Of a DNA stretch of 64,000 nucleotides, positions 58,669-64,000 are shown piece after piece. Below the pieces are notes generated by a model, which saw only the letters and a list, made by a program, of their open reading frames with translations, ran no database searches and was not told the origin of the DNA. The DNA comes from an uncultured Bacteroidota bacterium (lineage in GTDB: Bacteria; Bacteroidota; Bacteroidia; Bacteroidales; GCA-2748055): the NCBI GenBank assembly GCA_963747365.1, contig CAVVFB010000001.1, positions 147,165-211,164 on the forward strand, in the 5' to 3' direction. A program made the position numbers and the translations under genes. Within the stretch, counting starts at the first letter, position 1. Each line of letters begins with the position of its first letter.

Positions 58669-60255
58669 TTATTCCCCGCTTTTCCCGTAATTGGGCAGTA
58701 CCCTTGCGCTGGGGTCATTGACATTGCAGTTCTCCCACTCCTTGTTGGGCATCCAGAAACCGGCTACTGCACGTGAGCGCCCAGGGAAATGAGATTCGAA
58801 AATCTCCCTGTACATGAGCGACTCCTTTGAGATCGGGGTGGCATGAGTGTATTTAAGCTGTCCATTCAACAAATCTTCATCACTGTACATCTCTTCGGCG
58901 TAGGCTTTCAGGTTGTCCACCATGCTATGGCCCACTGCATCCGAAAAGGCTGCCTTATCCCTGTAAAGGATATCATGAGGCAGGTAGTCTCCCTCAAAGG
59001 CCTTGCGCAGGATATATTTCCCTATCCCAGTGAAATTCATCTTCTTTTCAGGTGGGATGCTCATTACGTACTTTACGAAATCAAGGTCCCCGAAAGGGAC
59101 TCTGGCCTCAAGTCCGCACGAGGAGATACTCCGGTCGGCCCTGAGTACATCGTACATGTAAATCTCCTTTAGCCTTTTCTCTGCCTCTGACTGGAAAGCG
59201 GAAGGGGAAGGGGCAAAATCGGTATATTTATAGCCGAAGATTTCATCACTGATCTCTCCGGTCATCAGCACCTTAATATCTGTGTTATCGGAGATATATT
59301 TGCTTACAAGGTACATGCCCATGGAGGCCCTGATGGTTGTAATGTCGTAAGTTTCGATATTATAAATGAGCGTGCTCAGGGTATCGAAAATATCCTTTTT
59401 GGTAAACAGGACTTCTGTGTGGTCCGCTCCCAGGTAATCGGCAACAATCCGGGCATATTTGGTATCAATGGGATCTTTATCAATCCCCACGGAGAAGGTT
59501 CGGATGGGTTGGTCCATCATCCTTGCACCGAGGGCGCAAACCAGGCTGGAATCCAACCCTCCGCTTAGCAAAAACCCGACAGGCACATCTGCATGAAGTC
59601 GTTTTTCAACCCCTTTTGTCAGCAGATCATTAATATGCTGAAACACCTCCTCCATCTCGTGGTCCACAAATCGTTCCACTTTCGCGATATCCCTGTAACA
59701 AATAAATTTCTCGCCATTATAGACATATCCCGGGGGAAAGGGTTTTACCTCTTTGCAAAGTTTGCTGAGGGCTTTCATTTCACTGGCAAACATGATCTTC
59801 CCATCAGAGGCGTAACCGTAAAACATGGGACGGATCCCCACAGGGTCCCGTGCAGCATAGTATTTGTCAACATCGGCATCGTAAAGAACGCATACAAATT
59901 CCGCATCCAGGCGGCGGGCCGTCTCCTCAATGCCCAGTTCCATGAACATAGGGATAATCACTTCGCAGTCACTTGCAGACTGAAATTTGTATGTGGAGTT
60001 GTATTCATCCATCAGTGCCCTGTAATTGTATACCTCTCCGTTTGCCACCAGGTAAAGCGATTTGTGAACCAGGGGCTGGTTTCCATCGTCCGAAGTATCG
60101 ATGATCTTAAGCCGGTGAAACCCCATCCATCCTTTTCCCCCAAGGTCGACAGCCACGGAATTATCGGGACCGCGGTATCTGATCTTTTGAAACTCGCTGA
60201 CTACGCTGAGCCGCAGCATTTTGTCATCCCCCGTATACACTGAAAATCCACACAT
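58669..60255 (-). CDS. asnB: Asparagine synthase B (glutamine-hydrolysing)
   Basis: N-terminal MCG, RGPD, NGEVYN, RDPVGIRP, LSGGLDSS, LEARVPF. Confidence 0.95.
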   Translation of the reverse strand: MCGFSVYTGDDKMLRLSVVSEFQKIRYRGPDNSVAVDLGGKGWMGFHRLKIIDTSDDGNQPLVHKSLYLVANGEVYNYRALMDEYNSTYKFQSASDCEVIIPMFMELGIEETARRLDAEFVCVLYDADVDKYYAARDPVGIRPMFYGYASDGKIMFASEMKALSKLCKEVKPFPPGYVYNGEKFICYRDIAKVERFVDHEMEEVFQHINDLLTKGVEKRLHADVPVGFLLSGGLDSSLVCALGARMMDQPIRTFSVGIDKDPIDTKYARIVADYLGADHTEVLFTKKDIFDTLSTLIYNIETYDITTIRASMGMYLVSKYISDNTDIKVLMTGEISDEIFGYKYTDFAPSPSAFQSEAEKRLKEIYMYDVLRADRSISSCGLEARVPFGDLDFVKYVMSIPPEKKMNFTGIGKYILRKAFEGDYLPHDILYRDKAAFSDAVGHSMVDNLKAYAEEMYSDEDLLNGQLKYTHATPISKESLMYREIFESHFPGRSRAVAGFWMPNKEWENCNVNDPSARVLPNYGKSGE

Positions 60256-60415
60256 TATTCAATCATTTTATAATAGATTCGTACAAAACAGGCTTCAAAT
60301 ATACGAAATTATAAATTCTAACAAATAAAATGTAACAAAATGTCTAGAAAACGACATCCTTTGTGTTAATTCGATATTTTTGTGTGAAAATAATCACAGC
60401 TTGGATGATCCGGTA

Positions 60416-61505
60416 TTACTTCCCGCCAAACTCCATAAGGTAGGCCTTGACAAATGGGTCAAGGTTGCCGTCCAGGACTGCCTGAACATTACTGGTTTCG
60501 TGTTGGGTACGCAGGTCTTTTACAAGTTTGTAGGGGTGAAGAACATAATTGCGTATTTGTGATCCCCATTCGATTTTCATTTTATTTCCTTCTATCTCGG
60601 CCTGCTTTTCCCTCTTTTTCTGAAGCTCAATTTCGTAAAGATGGGATTTCAGGATCCGCAGGGCGTTCTCCCTGTTTTTTAGCTGGGAGCGTGTTTCGGT
60701 GTTGTCCACTGTAATTCCCGTGGGGAGGTGGCGGACACGAACGCCGGTTTCCACCTTATTCACATTTTGACCTCCTGCACCTCCCGAGCGGAATGTATCC
60801 CATTCAATATCGGCCGGATTGATAACGATCTCGATTGATTCATCAATAACGGGTGTAACAAATACCGATGCGAAAGAGGTGTGCCGGCGGTTGTTAGAGT
60901 CAAAAGGAGAAAGCCTGACCAGCCTGTGAACACCCGATTCGCTCTTCATGAATCCGTAGGCGTAATCGCCGGTGAACTCCAGGGTAACCGATTTGATTCC
61001 GGCTTCTTCCCCCTGGACCATATGAAGTTCCCGGACTTTATATTTTTGTCTTTCGCCGTAGCGAAGGTACATTCTCATCAGCATTTCTGCCCAATCCTGG
61101 CTCTCGGTACCCCCTGCCCCCGAATTGATCTTAAGGATCGCACCCAGGCCATCCTCTTCATTCTGAAGCATGTTTTTGGATTCAAGGCTTTCAGTAAGTG
61201 AACGGGCCAGGTCGTATTGCTCCATTACCTCCTTCTCGGACGATTCGCCCGCCTGCAGGAACTCAACCAGCACATTAAGGTCTTCCACGGCCGATGTCAC
61301 CGCGTTGTATCCATCCACCCAGCTCTTGAGCCTGGCCACCTTCTTCAATTGTTCTTCGGCAGCTTTCGGATCGTTCCAGAAATCAGGCTCCTGAGTCTTT
61401 TGCTGCTCTTCTTCTATCTGGATGGTTTTGCCATCCACGTCAAAGATGCCTCCTTAAGGCAGCCTGGCGATCATTGAGGTTTTTAATCTGGTCGGAAGTA
61501 ATCAT
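60416..61505 (-). CDS. prfB: Peptide chain release factor 2, with programmed +1 frameshift
   Basis: ATG 61505 [21 protein letters not shown], then AGGAGG-cat-CTT TGA C (61445-61439); SPF and GGQ motifs in the downstream frame; 362 aa product. Confidence 0.96.
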
Positions 61506-61551
61506 ATACAGAATTTGAGGCAAATATAAGAAAGAAAATCCTCTGCCCGAC

Positions 61552-62049
61552 CTATTCTTTCTCTACCCTGCCCAGTGCCCTGTATATCAAATCCGGTTCA
61601 AATCCGTATCCCGCTGCATATCTGAATAACTTTCCTTTCCGGTTAAATGGATTCTCATCTTTAAGACTGGCAGCCTTGCCTCGGATCAGATCAAGGCAGG
61701 TGAGGAACCACTGTTCCTCATCGATCTGTGAAAGTGCATTTTCAATATGCTCTTCCCCGACTCGTTTTTGCCGGAGCATATAGGTAATCCGGATTCTGCC
61801 CCAGTTGTTGAACCTGAATTTGTCCCTTGCATAAAAGCCGGCATAACGGCCATCATCAAGAAATTTCTCCTCTGTAAGCCGGTGGATGATTTTATCCTCA
61901 TCTTCCCCACTTACATTCCAACTTCTCAGTTTTTCCCTGATGTGGCTGGTACACTGTTCCTGGCGACTGCACAGTCCGGCCGCTTTCTGAAGCGCCCTGT
62001 CAAAAGGTTCGCCGTCAGATTCTGGCTTTGATGAACCGCTCTTTTTCAT
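61552..62049 (-). CDS. recX: Regulatory protein RecX
   Basis: CSRQEQC...IREKL, FLDD.RYA, NNWG..RI...LRQK, GYGFE; start at MKKSG (62049). Confidence 0.88.
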   Translation of the reverse strand: MKKSGSSKPESDGEPFDRALQKAAGLCSRQEQCTSHIREKLRSWNVSGEDEDKIIHRLTEEKFLDDGRYAGFYARDKFRFNNWGRIRITYMLRQKRVGEEHIENALSQIDEEQWFLTCLDLIRGKAASLKDENPFNRKGKLFRYAAGYGFEPDLIYRALGRVEKE

Positions 62050-62881
62050 GGATATCCTTATAAATGATGATCTGGGTAAAGCCTGAATCTTCCAGCAGGC
62101 CGGAAACCTCCCTGCCAAACCTTTCATTGATCTCAAGCCACAGGGTCCCGCTTTCAGGGAGGATTTCAGTTGAAAGACGGGCAATGGCACTATAAAAAAC
62201 CAATGGATCATGATCCTCAACAAAAAGGGCGGCATGAGGTTCATAATCCAGTACGTTTCTTTCCATCAGAGTCTTTTCGCTCATCAGGACGTAAGGGGGG
62301 TTGCAAACCACCAGATCATATTTTACCGGGAACAGTGTGGATTCCAGGGAGAGAATATCCCCCTGAATCCAATTCACTTCCAGATGGTTCATTTCACCGT
62401 TTTTCCTGGCCAGTTCCAACGCCCGGATGCTGTTATCCAGGCCCGAAACACGGGCGGACGGAAACGCTTTTTTTAAAGCCAGGGCGATGCATCCCGACCC
62501 TGTACACAAGTCAAGGATATGCAACGGCGGGTGCTTTGTTGATTGGATGATCCGGTAAACCAACTCCTCTGTTTCAGGTCTGGGTATCAGGGCATTTTCA
62601 TCGATATGGATGGTCATATCAAGGAAACTGGTCTCCCCGAGAATATATTGTATGGGCCGATGTGTATGAATATCAGTAACAATTTCATTAATTTGCGCAA
62701 CGGTGTTGGCCCCGGGATGGTGTTGCGGATTCAGGATGGGCCCGGGTGATGGATAACCACAATAATCCATGATCAAATTGACAAGGGCATTTATTTCACC
62801 TCCAGAATAGAGTTGCGACACCTCCTTTTGAAGATATTTACGGATATCGCTGAGTGTGGCATGATTTTGGAGCATGATCAA
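62015..62881 (-). CDS. prmC: Release factor glutamine methyltransferase
   Basis: PIQYILG, LIPRPETEELV, LDLCTGSGCIA, NPPY, EPH.ALF. Confidence 0.94.
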   Translation of the reverse strand: MIMLQNHATLSDIRKYLQKEVSQLYSGGEINALVNLIMDYCGYPSPGPILNPQHHPGANTVAQINEIVTDIHTHRPIQYILGETSFLDMTIHIDENALIPRPETEELVYRIIQSTKHPPLHILDLCTGSGCIALALKKAFPSARVSGLDNSIRALELARKNGEMNHLEVNWIQGDILSLESTLFPVKYDLVVCNPPYVLMSEKTLMERNVLDYEPHAALFVEDHDPLVFYSAIARLSTEILPESGTLWLEINERFGREVSGLLEDSGFTQIIIYKDIHEKERFIKARI

Positions 62882-62905
62882 AAATAGTAATAAACGAGGC
62901 TACAA

Positions 62906-63970
62906 TTGACGGAGAAAGATAAAATATACATGCGCCGCTGTTTTGAGCTGGCCAGAAAGGGTTTGGGATTCACCCGGACAAATCCCCTGGTGGGCAGTGT
63001 TATCGTTTATAACGACCGCATCATTGGGGAGGGGTATCATCACGAATTCGGTGGTCCGCATGCCGAGGTAAATGCCATTCGCTCGGTAAAGGATCAATCC
63101 CTGTTGCCCCAATCCACGCTATATTGCAGCTTGGAACCCTGTGCCCATTACGGGAAGACACCTCCATGCTCGATGCTGATTCAGCAGAAAGGAATCCGGC
63201 GGGTTGTGATATCAAACAAGGATCCCTTTCCCAGCGTGAATGGATTGGGTGTCAGCCAGATGGAACAGGCTGGTGTAACAGTGGATACAGGTTGCCTTGA
63301 AGAGGAGGGGTATCAGTTGAACAGACGGTTTTTTCATTTTCATCAAAAGAGGCGTCCATATATAATCCTTAAGTGGGCCCAAACGCAGGATGGATTCATT
63401 GATGTGATCAGGGATCCCGGTGACCCGATAGGAACTACCTGGATTACAGGTGAGGTGAGCAGGACCCTGGTGCATAAATGGAGATCGGAGGAGGCCTCCA
63501 TCATGATTGGTACAAATACAGTGATTACGGATAATCCCATGCTGAATGTCCGAAGGTGGACCGGGGATCAACCCGTTAGGATCACGCTCGACCGGAAGGG
63601 GAGGATTTCGCATGATTCCAAGATCCTCGATGGCAGTCAGGATACAATCGTGTTTACAGGCGTTCCCGGAAAATATTCAGGTAGAACACGCAGTATTTAT
63701 GTGGATCCTTCCTACGATCTAGAGAGTTTAATGGAGGAGTTGTATGATCAGCACATTGTTTCTGTATTTGTGGAGGGGGGGGCTAAATTGCTGGAATCGT
63801 TTCTTGAATCAGGGCTGTGGGATGAAGCAAGAGTCTTTACCGGAAAGATGTGCTTTGGTCAGGGAGTAAAGGCTCCGGAACCGGGGACAGAACCCATTGA
63901 GAGACTCAGGTTACGGGAGACTATGCTTGAAGTGTTTATGAATCACTTCGGAAATTTTAATCCTAACTGA
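62906..63970 (+). CDS. ribD: Riboflavin biosynthesis deaminase/reductase
   Basis: NPLVG, HAEVNA, LEPCAHYGKTPPC, KWAQT.DG, VEGG. Confidence 0.95.
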   Translation: MTEKDKIYMRRCFELARKGLGFTRTNPLVGSVIVYNDRIIGEGYHHEFGGPHAEVNAIRSVKDQSLLPQSTLYCSLEPCAHYGKTPPCSMLIQQKGIRRVVISNKDPFPSVNGLGVSQMEQAGVTVDTGCLEEEGYQLNRRFFHFHQKRRPYIILKWAQTQDGFIDVIRDPGDPIGTTWITGEVSRTLVHKWRSEEASIMIGTNTVITDNPMLNVRRWTGDQPVRITLDRKGRISHDSKILDGSQDTIVFTGVPGKYSGRTRSIYVDPSYDLESLMEELYDQHIVSVFVEGGAKLLESFLESGLWDEARVFTGKMCFGQGVKAPEPGTEPIERLRLRETMLEVFMNHFGNFNPN

Positions 63971-64000
63971 TGAAAAGGGTGATCACCATATTGATACTGT
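63970..64000 (+). CDS. Start of a gene running off the window (signal peptide-like)
   Basis: TGATG overlap with the ribD stop; MKRVITILIL... Confidence 0.5.
   Translation, partial: MKRVITILIL

Overview
Chromosomal window from a Bacteroidota (Bacteroidales-like) bacterium. The lineage call rests on TAnnTTTG -7 promoter elements, lipoprotein signals and Bacteroidetes-type mpl, mutAB and prmC-recX-prfB/ribD genes. From left to right: a ric / PepSY-TM / lamin-tail lipoprotein trio; a decayed HTH-MNT/HepT toxin-antitoxin pair; a sugar-catabolic locus (GH2, SLC13 transporter, Tat-exported enolase-superfamily enzyme, MFS sugar permease and an unusual ROK kinase-MurQ fusion); a 10-gene arsenic cluster (arsR, thioredoxin-like/arsF/arsG-family genes, arsP, a ProC-like reductase, arsR, arsC, arsM, acr3) with repeated palindromic operators; ppk2, a DUF853 ATPase and htpX; and an AT-rich islet next to tRNA-Glu (hipB-like gene plus hipA stub, GNAT, AAA ATPase, an IS3 element splitting a lipoprotein gene). 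These are followed by mpl, mutAB, a frameshifted OM-barrel gene with an exported caspase-family gene, fumC, a GT2 / GT-C (TIGR03663-like) / discoidin / HEAT / Gfo-Idh-MocA / ThuA-TIM-barrel cluster, an M20 amidohydrolase, a TetR-controlled OMP-LolCDE-like-LolA-like export operon, a ~146-bp nested hairpin element, asnB, prfB (programmed +1 frameshift), recX, prmC and ribD. The best candidates for undescribed systems are the exported keto-glycoside enzyme + GT-C cluster (42.9-51.1 kb), the ROK-MurQ fusion, the ProC-like gene in the ars cluster and the Lol-like export operon. All family calls come from motif recognition by eye; no database searches were run.
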